Part shown: positions 1 to 8,446 of the stretch, piece by piece
Position numbering within the stretch: position 1 is the first letter of the stretch
How the letters are laid out: each line of letters opens with the position of its first letter
NCBI GenBank assembly: GCA_012103325.1
Contig: WLWY01000006.1
Span: 337,087 to 401,086 of the forward strand
Direction: 5' to 3'
Source of the DNA: Alphaproteobacteria bacterium
GTDB lineage: Bacteria > Pseudomonadota > Alphaproteobacteria > UBA8366 > GCA-2717185
DNA length: 64,000 bases
The notes under the pieces: model-generated
What the model was told of the DNA's origin: nothing
Seen by the model: the letters and a program-made list of their open reading frames with translations, nothing else
The model's database searches: none
Made by a program: the position numbers and the translations under genes

Positions 1-1
1 G

Positions 2-145
2 GAATGCGGCGTCTTTCCGGGACCCGCCGCAATCGCCGCCGCGATCGAGGACGCGCTATCGCCATATGGAATCCGAATCAATCGAGCGCCCATCGGCCCC
101 GCCGATATCTTGGCCTTGATCGAAGCCAGCAAGGCGAAAACGTAA
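2..145 (+). CDS. 3' end of a xanthine dehydrogenase/CoxL-family molybdopterin-binding subunit (partial, begins upstream of the window)
   Basis: Frame starting at base 2 reads ECGVFPGPAAIAAAIEDALSPYGIRINRAPIGPADILALIEASKAKT*, resembling the (G)E.G..P..AAI..AI.DAL...G....P..P C-terminus of this family. TAA at 143-145 overlaps the next ATG. Not in the ORF track. Confidence 0.75.
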   Translation, partial: ECGVFPGPAAIAAAIEDALSPYGIRINRAPIGPADILALIEASKAKT

Positions 146-1029
146 TGGCGATACGGTTCGATGATATTGGCAACCGGCTGCGCGCCTTCCGGCTCGGCTC
201 CGGCCTGAGCGCGGATGAAATCGCGAAGCAAATTGGCATCTCGCGCACCGCCCTGTACCGGTTCGAAAAAGGCGAGTTGGCGAAAATCGATACCTTGGAG
301 AAGCTGGCCGAACTGCTGGACGTGTCGATTCCGACGTTATTGGGTGTTGGTGTCGAATATGTCGCCTCGGCGGTCAGCTATTTCGAGCGCACTCGCCAGA
401 TTGAGGAAACTGCAGAACATATCGTCGTGCTGGCGGGACCTATTTCCTATCTGCTCGCCTCCGATTGTTTCGACGAAACCCTAGCAACCATTCTCCGAGA
501 AAACATTCCCGACGACCTGCCGGACCGGGATCAGGCCTTGGAGCAAGCCAGCGACCTCATGGGTGTTCTGACTGCCCGCAAGGCGACCTTCCGGGCCCGT
601 CAGCCCGGTGTACTTAACCTGCTATCCGCAACGGAAATGGATGGATTTCTGCGCAACGGTCTCGTCGGCCGGCTGGACCTCTCTGAACCGGAACGGGCCG
701 AGCGCCGCCAATTGGCCATCGCGGAAGCGACGCATCTCGCCGCTTTGATGGAGGAGGAACCCATCGGCGTACAAATCGGCATCGTCCCCGACACGCTGCC
801 GCATACCGGGTTCCAAATTTTCCGCCAGCCAGACCGGAAAGTACTGACCGTCAGCCCATTTCGGCTCGGCGCGCAGCCCAACGTCCGTGTCGGCGTGGCC
901 ATGATCACGTCTGCCCCGGAAGCCCTGAGCCTGCATGAAAAAATGGTGGCCGACATGTGGCGCCGGGCGCTCAAGGGCGCCGCGGCGGGCAAGTATATGC
1001 GGAAGCTTATCGCACGACATAAAGGTTAA
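145..1029 (+). CDS. XRE-family HTH transcriptional regulator with a long C-terminal domain
   Basis: N-terminal HTH (IGNRLRAFR..GLSADEIAKQIGISRTALYRFEKG). Start placed at ATG 145 (TAATG overlap) rather than the track's start at 4. Confidence 0.85.
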   Translation: MAIRFDDIGNRLRAFRLGSGLSADEIAKQIGISRTALYRFEKGELAKIDTLEKLAELLDVSIPTLLGVGVEYVASAVSYFERTRQIEETAEHIVVLAGPISYLLASDCFDETLATILRENIPDDLPDRDQALEQASDLMGVLTARKATFRARQPGVLNLLSATEMDGFLRNGLVGRLDLSEPERAERRQLAIAEATHLAALMEEEPIGVQIGIVPDTLPHTGFQIFRQPDRKVLTVSPFRLGAQPNVRVGVAMITSAPEALSLHEKMVADMWRRALKGAAAGKYMRKLIARHKG

Positions 1030-1096
1030 GCTGGATTTGTCCTATTTTTGGGATTATTATTTATTTTGAGTTAAATTTGAAAAATTTGGACCCCGC

Positions 1097-1975
1097 ATGA
1101 CCGGAATGGCAAATACCGTTTTTTCGTCCCGAGCCCATATTGTCGGCGGCGACAATACCGCAGATCACGCACCTAAGGCCCCCGTCGAAGAAGCGTTGAC
1201 AACCGTCCTGGCCAACGACTGGATCAATGACGAATACAAGCATCTGGTCGTAACCGCATCGCCCAAGTCCCTGGCAGCCAGGCCCGGACAATTCTTTCAT
1301 TGGCTCTGCCCCTCCCCCGACGAAGGTGATTTGTGGCTGCGACGGCCACAAAGCATTTACAGGGTCGACCGGGAGCGGGAGCGGCTTGAATTTCTCTACA
1401 AATGCGTCGGCCGGGGCACCAACGGGGCGGCTACACTGAAGCCGGACGACAAGTTCAACATGGTCGGACCGTTAGGCGTGGGCTTCTCTCTGCAACCTGA
1501 TTGGAAAGACGTAATCGTCCTGGGCCGTGGCGTCGGGCTCGCCACGCTGGCGCCGATTTCGCAAATGATCGCCGAAAACAACGTCAGCGCGACGGTTATC
1601 CTGAGCGCCCGCAGTCCAGAGTTGGCAATGTCGGGCGATCTGTTCGAAAAGGCCGGCGCGGATGTGGTTACGGTTACCGACACGGATGGCACCAGTGCCG
1701 TCGAGAATGTCGAATCGATCATCGAAGACAGGGTCGCGCATGGGCGGGCAGATGCTTTCTTCACCTGTGGGTCGAATCGGCTATTCATGCTGATGAAGCG
1801 TCTCGGCACGAAACACGGCATTCCGGGCCAGGTGGCGATGGAACAGATCATGGCGTGCGGCCTGGGCCCCTGTTACGTCTGCGTGCGCACATTCGTCATC
1901 GGCGGCGAAAAAACGCTGAAGCGAGTTTGCATCGACGGACCCGTCTTCGACATGCAGGAGGCCATGGGATGGTAG
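1097..1975 (+). CDS. pyrK: Dihydroorotate dehydrogenase electron-transfer subunit (PyrK-like; FAD and 2Fe-2S)
   Basis: PGQF, LRRPxSI, GPLGxGF, GRGVGLA, CGS and MACGLGPCYVC...VCIDGPVF motifs. Confidence 0.88.
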   Translation: MTGMANTVFSSRAHIVGGDNTADHAPKAPVEEALTTVLANDWINDEYKHLVVTASPKSLAARPGQFFHWLCPSPDEGDLWLRRPQSIYRVDRERERLEFLYKCVGRGTNGAATLKPDDKFNMVGPLGVGFSLQPDWKDVIVLGRGVGLATLAPISQMIAENNVSATVILSARSPELAMSGDLFEKAGADVVTVTDTDGTSAVENVESIIEDRVAHGRADAFFTCGSNRLFMLMKRLGTKHGIPGQVAMEQIMACGLGPCYVCVRTFVIGGEKTLKRVCIDGPVFDMQEAMGW

Positions 1976-2913
1976 ATCTTTCCGTCAAAATCGGTGATTT
2001 CGAGATGGCCAATCCGGTCATGCCGGCGTCCGGCACCTTCTCGCCGGAGATGGCGCAGGTTATCGATATCAATAGGCTTGGCGCGACCATGACGAAAACC
2101 GTCAGCCGCGAGTTGCGCGACGGCAATCCGCCCCCCCGCGTCGCGGAAGTCGAATGCGGCATGATCAATTGCATAGGACTGCCCGGCAAAGGTATCGACT
2201 ATTTCCTGACCGAGCTGATGCCCGAATATCTCCAATTTAGCCCTCCCCTGATCGTCAGCGTCACCTCGACTACGGAAGCCGATTTCGCCGCTATGGCACG
2301 CGACGTTACGGTGCCGGGCGTCAAAGCGCTTGAAATCAATATCTCCTGCCCGACGCGCGATCCGAATGGCGGCAATTTCGCACTTCACGCCGAGCATACG
2401 GCTGAGACTGTCCGCGGTGTCCGAGCGGCGACCGATCTACCGATTTTCGTCAAGCTGTCGCCAAACGCGGGCGACGTTGTCGGGATCGCCCGAGCTGCCG
2501 AAGAAGCCGGTGCCGATGCACTTACCGTCGCCAACACCATCTTATCGATGCGGATCGATACACACAGCTTTAAGCCATCACTCGGTTTCAAGACCGGCGG
2601 CATGTCCGGCCCGGCGGTAAAACCGATCATCATGCGTATGGTCTATCAAATCTCCAAGGCGGTCTCGATTCCGATCATCGGTTGTGGCGGCATCGTGAAG
2701 GCCGAAGACGTGGTGGAATATATGCTGGCCGGCGCCAGCGCCGTACAAATCGGCTACGCGTCGTTCCGTAACCCGACCGCGATGATTTCGATCATCGGGG
2801 ACCTCGAAGAATGGTGCGATCGGCGCGGCATCGCCCGCGTTTCCGACCTGACAGGTGCGGTGCAGGACGACATGGAAACCGACACTTATATTGCAGCCGC
2901 CGCCGGCATCTGA
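1969..2913 (+). CDS. pyrD: Class 1B dihydroorotate dehydrogenase-like catalytic subunit
   Basis: NPVMPASGT, TKT, GNPPPR, EINISCPT, VKLSPN, GGMSGPAVKP and IIGCGGI motifs. ATG 1969 overlaps the end of pyrK. Confidence 0.85.
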   Translation: MVDLSVKIGDFEMANPVMPASGTFSPEMAQVIDINRLGATMTKTVSRELRDGNPPPRVAEVECGMINCIGLPGKGIDYFLTELMPEYLQFSPPLIVSVTSTTEADFAAMARDVTVPGVKALEINISCPTRDPNGGNFALHAEHTAETVRGVRAATDLPIFVKLSPNAGDVVGIARAAEEAGADALTVANTILSMRIDTHSFKPSLGFKTGGMSGPAVKPIIMRMVYQISKAVSIPIIGCGGIVKAEDVVEYMLAGASAVQIGYASFRNPTAMISIIGDLEEWCDRRGIARVSDLTGAVQDDMETDTYIAAAAGI

Positions 2914-2922
2914 GCAACAACG

Positions 2923-5292
2923 TTGAGTTCGGAACGACATTCGAATCCAGCAAACCCTTATGTCGGGCAGTCGATCCGCCGTGTCGAAGATCACCGTCTA
3001 CTGACGGGACACGGATGTTACGTCGCGGATATTGCGGTCGAAAGCCAAGCCCATATGGCCGTGGTCCGATCGACCTACCCGCACGCCGATATCGTCGCTA
3101 TCGAGACAGATGCTGCGCGCAGGATGCCGGGCGTCCTTGGCGTCTGGACCGGGCAGGACGTCATTGCCGATGGCTTGGGTGCCATTCCCTGGGAACGCTT
3201 GCCGCCAACGCCGCAAGATGCGCCGCACCCGACACCTCCCGTGCCAGGTGACCCGGCAATCGCACAGCCGCAACCAATCCTGGCTAGCTCTCGTGTTCTA
3301 TATCTCGGCGAACCCGTCGCCGTCGCCGTCGCTGGGACGTTGGCGCAGGCGAAGGATGCCGCCGAAGCTGTTGTCGTCGACTACGCCGAGCGCCAACCGC
3401 TGATGGATGTACGTAGCGCTGCATCTCCGGGCGCCGACCTGCTTTGGGAACAAGCCCCCGGCAATGTGTGTTTCCGGACCGATCTGGGGGATCCAAAAGC
3501 GACGGCGGAAGCCTTCTCTAAAGCCACGCATGTCACGGCGATCTCCATAGAGAACGAACGCCTCGTCCAAAATCCTATGGAAACGCGCGGCTATGTCGGG
3601 CTGCACGACGCGGAGACGGACTGCTTCACCCTCTATGCGTCGGCAGGGAAACCGCAAAACACCGGACGCGCATTGGCCCGGGACATTTTTCACCTACCGG
3701 AAGACCGCGTGCGCGTCATCACCAAGGACGTGGGCGGCGGTTTCGGGGCGAAGAATCCACTCTATCCGGAACCGGCCTTGGTGCTCTGGGCCGCACGTCA
3801 GCTAGGACAGCCAGTACGCTGGCAAGCCGACCGGAGCGAATGTTTCCTTGCCGACTATCAAGGGCGCGGACAGGCCACGGATGCCGAATGCGCCTTCGAC
3901 GCGGACGGGCGTATCCTCGCATTGCGGGTTCGCGTGCTTGCCGATTTAGGCGCCTATCTTGGGCAACGTGGATCCACTGCCGCGAATATGTGGCGGACCA
4001 TGGGCACCAGCGTCTACGATATCCAGACGATCGATTTCGACCTCCGCGGCATCCACACAAACCGCGTGCCAACCTGCCCCTATCGCGGTGCCGGCGCGCC
4101 GGAAGCGATTTTCGTCATCGAGCGGCTGCTTGATACGGCGGCAAGTGAGCTGGGCCTTTCGCCGACCGAACTTCGCCGCCGTAATCTGATACCCGCCAGC
4201 GCGATGCCGTACCGCACACAGGGCATCTCCACCTACGACAGCGGCGACTTCGCCGCCAACATGGATGCTGTGGAAGCGATTGCGGATATTGAAGGCTTTG
4301 CAGAGCGAAAAGCGGAAAGCGCTGCGCGTGGCCTGCGGCGCGGCCTTGGCTACGCCAATCTCGTAGAGGCCTGTGGTGCCGGCATCGCCGACCGCGCCGA
4401 TATTTCCTGTACGCCAGACGGGCAAATCACGGTGCGTATCGGCACCATGTCCAACGGGCAATCGCACGAAACAGTCTACGCGCAGATGCTCGCCGACAAG
4501 CTCGGTATCGACATCGCCCGGATACGCATCGTTCAAGGCGACTCGAACGAGACACCGTGGGGCATGGGCACAGGCGCCAGCCGTTCCATGACGGTCGGTG
4601 GCAGCGCCCTTGTCCATGCCGGCGATGAGTTGATCGAAAACGGTTTGCCGGTCTCGGCGGATCTGCTGGAGGCGGCACCTCAAGATATCGAGTACGAGCA
4701 TGGGTGCTACCGTATCCGAGGTACCGACCGGCTGGTGACCCTGGAAGATGTGGCGGCGCGGGTCATTACCGACGGCGCGCCCGCGGATCGAGGCCTCGAG
4801 GCATCCCATTGCTACACGCCACAAGACAGCACCTATCCCAGCGGCTGCCACATCGCGGAAGTCGAGGTGGATATCGAAACCGGCGCCGTTGTGCTGCTTC
4901 GCTACAGCATGGCGCATGATGTCGGCCTGGCCCTCAACCCCATGGTCGTCGAAGGGCAACTGACCGGCGGCGTTGCCCAAGGTGTCGGTCAGGCCCTGCT
5001 GGAATCGAACATTCACGATCCGCAGTCGGGGCAGCTCTTGAGCGGATCCTTCATGGACTGCGGGATGCCGCGGGCGCACGGTTTGCCAAGCTTCGAGACG
5101 CGCATCATCGAAATCCCCTGCACACATACGCCGACCGGCGCCAAATCTGTCGGAGAAGCGGGCCCAACGGCCGCACCGGCCGCCGTGATCAATGCCATCG
5201 TCGATGCGCTAGCACCGTTGGGCGTACGCCATATCCCGATGCCGGCAACGCCGGAGACCGTTTACCGCGCGATACAGAGCGCAAAGCGTTAG
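2923..5292 (+). CDS. Xanthine dehydrogenase family molybdopterin-binding subunit (CoxL-like, not form I CODH)
   Basis: VGQSIRRVED.RLLTG.G.YVAD, DVGGGFGAK, active-site loop PYRGAG, GQSHET, GGVAQG and KSVGEAG. TTG start. Confidence 0.9.
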   Translation: MSSERHSNPANPYVGQSIRRVEDHRLLTGHGCYVADIAVESQAHMAVVRSTYPHADIVAIETDAARRMPGVLGVWTGQDVIADGLGAIPWERLPPTPQDAPHPTPPVPGDPAIAQPQPILASSRVLYLGEPVAVAVAGTLAQAKDAAEAVVVDYAERQPLMDVRSAASPGADLLWEQAPGNVCFRTDLGDPKATAEAFSKATHVTAISIENERLVQNPMETRGYVGLHDAETDCFTLYASAGKPQNTGRALARDIFHLPEDRVRVITKDVGGGFGAKNPLYPEPALVLWAARQLGQPVRWQADRSECFLADYQGRGQATDAECAFDADGRILALRVRVLADLGAYLGQRGSTAANMWRTMGTSVYDIQTIDFDLRGIHTNRVPTCPYRGAGAPEAIFVIERLLDTAASELGLSPTELRRRNLIPASAMPYRTQGISTYDSGDFAANMDAVEAIADIEGFAERKAESAARGLRRGLGYANLVEACGAGIADRADISCTPDGQITVRIGTMSNGQSHETVYAQMLADKLGIDIARIRIVQGDSNETPWGMGTGASRSMTVGGSALVHAGDELIENGLPVSADLLEAAPQDIEYEHGCYRIRGTDRLVTLEDVAARVITDGAPADRGLEASHCYTPQDSTYPSGCHIAEVEVDIETGAVVLLRYSMAHDVGLALNPMVVEGQLTGGVAQGVGQALLESNIHDPQSGQLLSGSFMDCGMPRAHGLPSFETRIIEIPCTHTPTGAKSVGEAGPTAAPAAVINAIVDALAPLGVRHIPMPATPETVYRAIQSAKR

Positions 5293-5876
5293 GGCGTTGC
5301 GGCCCGGCCCGTAAATAGCCGTACGACCGCATTCCATAGAATCTTGAAGATCAACGAGAGGCCAGAAACAGGTTTGACGGTCTCGATCTCCGGTTTCGTT
5401 TCCGAGGCCTCCGAAGAAGCCGGCGTTTTCGCAAGTTCGGCTTTCAAGTTTGCCGAGAACTGCTCGATGAGTTGCGTGGCAAGATCCTGCACCATGCCCA
5501 CGCCGCGGCCGTATTGTGCCACCGGTCCCGACAGCATCAGATTGGTATGTATCAATACCGTGGACTGGCCTTCCGCTGGCTCGACGCAAAAGTCGACGGC
5601 CGCGTTGGCACCGCCACGCCCCTTGGCATCTTTGCCGTCTGCTTTTACCAGCGCCTTGCGCTCGGCGTCGTTGACGTCCTCGAACCGCGCCTGGCCTTTG
5701 AAGGTCAGCGAAACCGGGCCAAGCCTGACCGCAACCTCGCCCTTGAACGTTTCCGCATCAACAGATTCGGTCAGCTTCGCGCCGGGCATGCAAGGGGCGA
5801 TCCGCTCGATGTCACGCAGCAGCGCCCATGTCTCATCAGGCGGCAAGGGTACATCAAATGAATTGTCGAACTCCAA
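5289..5876 (-). CDS. CoxG-like SRPBCC family protein
   Basis: W..L.D.ERIAPCMPGA and GPVAQYGRG motifs. TTG start preceded by a GAGGAGG RBS. Confidence 0.85.
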   Translation of the reverse strand: MEFDNSFDVPLPPDETWALLRDIERIAPCMPGAKLTESVDAETFKGEVAVRLGPVSLTFKGQARFEDVNDAERKALVKADGKDAKGRGGANAAVDFCVEPAEGQSTVLIHTNLMLSGPVAQYGRGVGMVQDLATQLIEQFSANLKAELAKTPASSEASETKPEIETVKPVSGLSLIFKILWNAVVRLFTGRAATP

Positions 5877-5903
5877 GGGGCCTCCTCGCTTACGGCAGAA
5901 ACA

Positions 5904-6539
5904 TTATGTTGCGGGCGTTTCTTTTGGTTCGGTCTCAAGCATCGCCGGGCGTTCAGAGAACGCGTCATACCAGCGCGAAAGACGCCCGTGTCCTGGCCTA
6001 AAATCTCCAAGCCAATCGCGCCAATCCTGGTATCCACAGGCAATACCAACCGTGATTTGTGCGAGATTCAGGGGGCCATCTAATTCTTCGGCGCAGCTCT
6101 CAATATGATCGAAGCATCGCGCAATGCGATCGCGCTGCTTATCGAGAAAACCTTCGGATCGCATGGCTTCGGGCCGCAGCATCTCCGCCCGTATCGCGAT
6201 CTGCGCTTCCAACAAACCATCGGCTACCGCATATAGCGACCACATATTCCAACGTGCCGCGCCGTCGGGAATAACGCTTTCTCCCGCCGCGATCTCGTTC
6301 AGGTGCTGGCAGATCAGCGTCGAATCGCCGAGCGCTGCCCCGCCGTCCGTAATCAGTGTTGGAATTCGCGCAACGGGATTCGCCTCGGCGAGCCCTTCCG
6401 TAAATTGGACGGTCGCGTAGCCCCAATCCAAGGGCCAAACCGTCGGTGCGATCTCGATGCGGTCCCATAATCCAAGTTCCCGCGCGGTCACCACGACCTT
6501 GCGCGTAAAGGGCGATGCCGGCGTCCAATAGAGCTTCAT
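5904..6539 (-). CDS. Glutathione S-transferase family protein
   Basis: SPFTRKV, NP.ARIPTL and DS.LI motifs. Confidence 0.88.
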   Translation of the reverse strand: MKLYWTPASPFTRKVVVTARELGLWDRIEIAPTVWPLDWGYATVQFTEGLAEANPVARIPTLITDGGAALGDSTLICQHLNEIAAGESVIPDGAARWNMWSLYAVADGLLEAQIAIRAEMLRPEAMRSEGFLDKQRDRIARCFDHIESCAEELDGPLNLAQITVGIACGYQDWRDWLGDFRPGHGRLSRWYDAFSERPAMLETEPKETPAT

Positions 6540-6545
6540 GTGTTA

Positions 6546-6806
6546 TACCAAGGAGCGTTGATAATGACCCATAGAGATCGCGCATGCGGTCCGCCGGTTA
6601 GGAGGGGCGGCGCAGTCGATGCGGGGCATTGTCAAGCCGTTCCGACGCCCTCCGACGGGCCGCATACGCGACCCGAAGGGCGGGTTATCCAGGCTTTCGG
6701 ACAGCGTCGCGCCCGGCTTCCTATGCCCCGCATCGCCGCACCGCGCGCTCCTTGCCGAAAACCTGGATAACCCGTCTCTATGTGTCATTATCAGCGCTCC
6801 TTGGTA
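6546..6806. mobile_element. MITE-like non-autonomous element, about 261 bp, with ~32-bp TIRs and a probable TTA target duplication
   Basis: Left end TACCAAGGAGCGTTGATAATGACCCATAGAGA matches the reverse complement of the right end with 2 mismatches. TTA flanks both sides (6543-6545 and 6807-6809). Internal inverted repeats at 6681-6700/6755-6774. Confidence 0.8.
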
Positions 6807-7507
6807 TTACCCTGCACCTGCGGCGTCTGCGCCGTCTGATTGAACAGATTCTTGCGTTCCTCGTCGCTCGGCGGTCCAGAACGGCGGAGTTCCTTGCCGA
6901 CATCGACCCCGCGCTGCGCGGCAGGCCGTTCCTTGATCACGTTCCGCCAACGCGACACATTGGGAAAATCATCAAGGGACTGACCGAGCGGCTTCGCGAT
7001 CAGGACCCAAGGCCAGCTGATCATGTCGACAATGGAATAGTCACCCAGAATAAACTCCTGGTCTTCCAGTCGCCGTTCGAGCACACCCAGACAGCGATTG
7101 TACTCGTTACCGTAACGGTTCTTGCCATATTCGACGCCGCCATCGGCGTAGTTGACGAAGTGACTCAGTTGCCCCGCCATTGGCCCTTGATTGCCGACCT
7201 GCCAGAACAGCCACTCCAGGACTTCCTTGCGGGCACGCCAATCATTCGGGATAAATTTGCCCGTCCGTTCTGCCAGATAATAAAGGATCGCCCCGGACTC
7301 GAAGACAGCGACCGGTTCCTCTCCCTCCACATCGTTGTCGACGATCGCTGGCATGCGGTTGTTCGGACTGATTTCGAGGAACTTGGGCTTGAACTGATCG
7401 CCCTTGCCGATGTTCACGGGAATCAGATTATAAGGGAGCTCGCACTCCTCCAGCATGATGGACACTTTCCAGCCGTTCGGGGTCGGCCAGTAGTAGAAAT
7501 CGAGCAT
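6791..7507 (-). CDS. YfcG/YghU-like glutathione S-transferase
   Basis: MLDFYYWPTPNGWK, ISPNNRMPAIVD, FESGAIL and QGPMAGQ motifs. Start at ATG 7507. The stop codon lies inside the MITE TIR. Confidence 0.9.
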   Translation of the reverse strand: MLDFYYWPTPNGWKVSIMLEECELPYNLIPVNIGKGDQFKPKFLEISPNNRMPAIVDNDVEGEEPVAVFESGAILYYLAERTGKFIPNDWRARKEVLEWLFWQVGNQGPMAGQLSHFVNYADGGVEYGKNRYGNEYNRCLGVLERRLEDQEFILGDYSIVDMISWPWVLIAKPLGQSLDDFPNVSRWRNVIKERPAAQRGVDVGKELRRSGPPSDEERKNLFNQTAQTPQVQGNTKER

Positions 7508-7642
7508 ATCGTTCCTCCGCGGTGCGGCGGTATCATAGGGTCGACGGCCCGCGAGGGCCACGTCTCGAATCGACACATCGCACCAGCAAATATAGTCTCG
7601 CTTAAATATGTATGGACAACTTTCCTCAGCGGAGGCTTCATT

Positions 7643-8437
7643 ATGGCGACAGTAGCCAGCATCGCAACGCAATCCACAGCGGCGCCAGCAGGCATGGCGC
7701 AGGACGAATGGGCAGCACGATGCGATCTCGCCGCCGCCTACCGGCTCGCGGCGCTATATGGCTGGACCGACCTCAACAACACGCATTTTTCGCTGCGCGT
7801 GCCGGGGACCGAAAATCATTTCCTGATCAATCCGTTCGGCATGTTCTTCGATGAGATTACGGCGGCGTCCCTCATCAAGGTCGACGACAAGGGCCATGTG
7901 CTGGGCGAAAGCGATTACCCCGTGAATCCGGCCGGCTTCGTCATACATGGTGCCGTTCATATGTCATCGCCCGACTTGCATTGCGTCATCCATACACATA
8001 GTCGTTTTGGTGCGGCCGTAGCGATGCAGAAGCAGGGCCTGCTGCCAGTCAGCCAGAAAGCGCTGACCGTGATGGGCTGGGTCGGTTATCACGATTTCGA
8101 AGGCCCAGCCGTCGATGCCAGCGAACAACCACGCATCGTCAGCGACTTAGGCGACAAACGAATCCTGATCCTGCGCAATCACGGCCTGCTCAGCGTGGGC
8201 AATACGGTCGGCGAAGCATTCGTGTGGATCTACCGCATCGAGACAGCCTGCCGTTTGCAGATCGATGCCCTGTCTGGCGGCAGCGAACTACAATCGCTGT
8301 CGGAAGAAACACAGGAAAAATCGATCCAGATGGGGCTGAAGATGTACGCCAAAGGAGGCTTCATCGAGGTCGGCCGCGAATGGCCCGCCCTGCTGCGCCA
8401 GCTCGAACGCGCCGGGATGGACGACTATGCGCGGTAG
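7643..8437 (+). CDS. Class II aldolase/adducin family protein
   Basis: DLAAAYRL, THFSLR, NPAGFVIH.AVH, CVIHTH and LRNHGLL motifs. GGAGG RBS before ATG 7643. Confidence 0.9.
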   Translation: MATVASIATQSTAAPAGMAQDEWAARCDLAAAYRLAALYGWTDLNNTHFSLRVPGTENHFLINPFGMFFDEITAASLIKVDDKGHVLGESDYPVNPAGFVIHGAVHMSSPDLHCVIHTHSRFGAAVAMQKQGLLPVSQKALTVMGWVGYHDFEGPAVDASEQPRIVSDLGDKRILILRNHGLLSVGNTVGEAFVWIYRIETACRLQIDALSGGSELQSLSEETQEKSIQMGLKMYAKGGFIEVGREWPALLRQLERAGMDDYAR

Positions 8438-8446
8438 CGGCGAAAG

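Noticed and set aside
4-144. Arg-rich N-terminal extension of the XRE ORF
   Set aside because: It overlaps the CoxL-like C-terminus in another frame; the real start is ATG 145
1501-1968. 156-aa N-terminal extension of PyrD
   Set aside because: Out-of-frame shadow of pyrK
2923-5876. CO dehydrogenase (coxL + coxG)
   Set aside because: The active-site loop is PYRGAG, not AYXCSFR, and no coxM/coxS/coxDEF is in the window
6629-7642. 602-aa ORF as an aldolase fusion
   Set aside because: Its first 338 codons run through the MITE and antisense to the GST; an RBS and ATG are present at 7643
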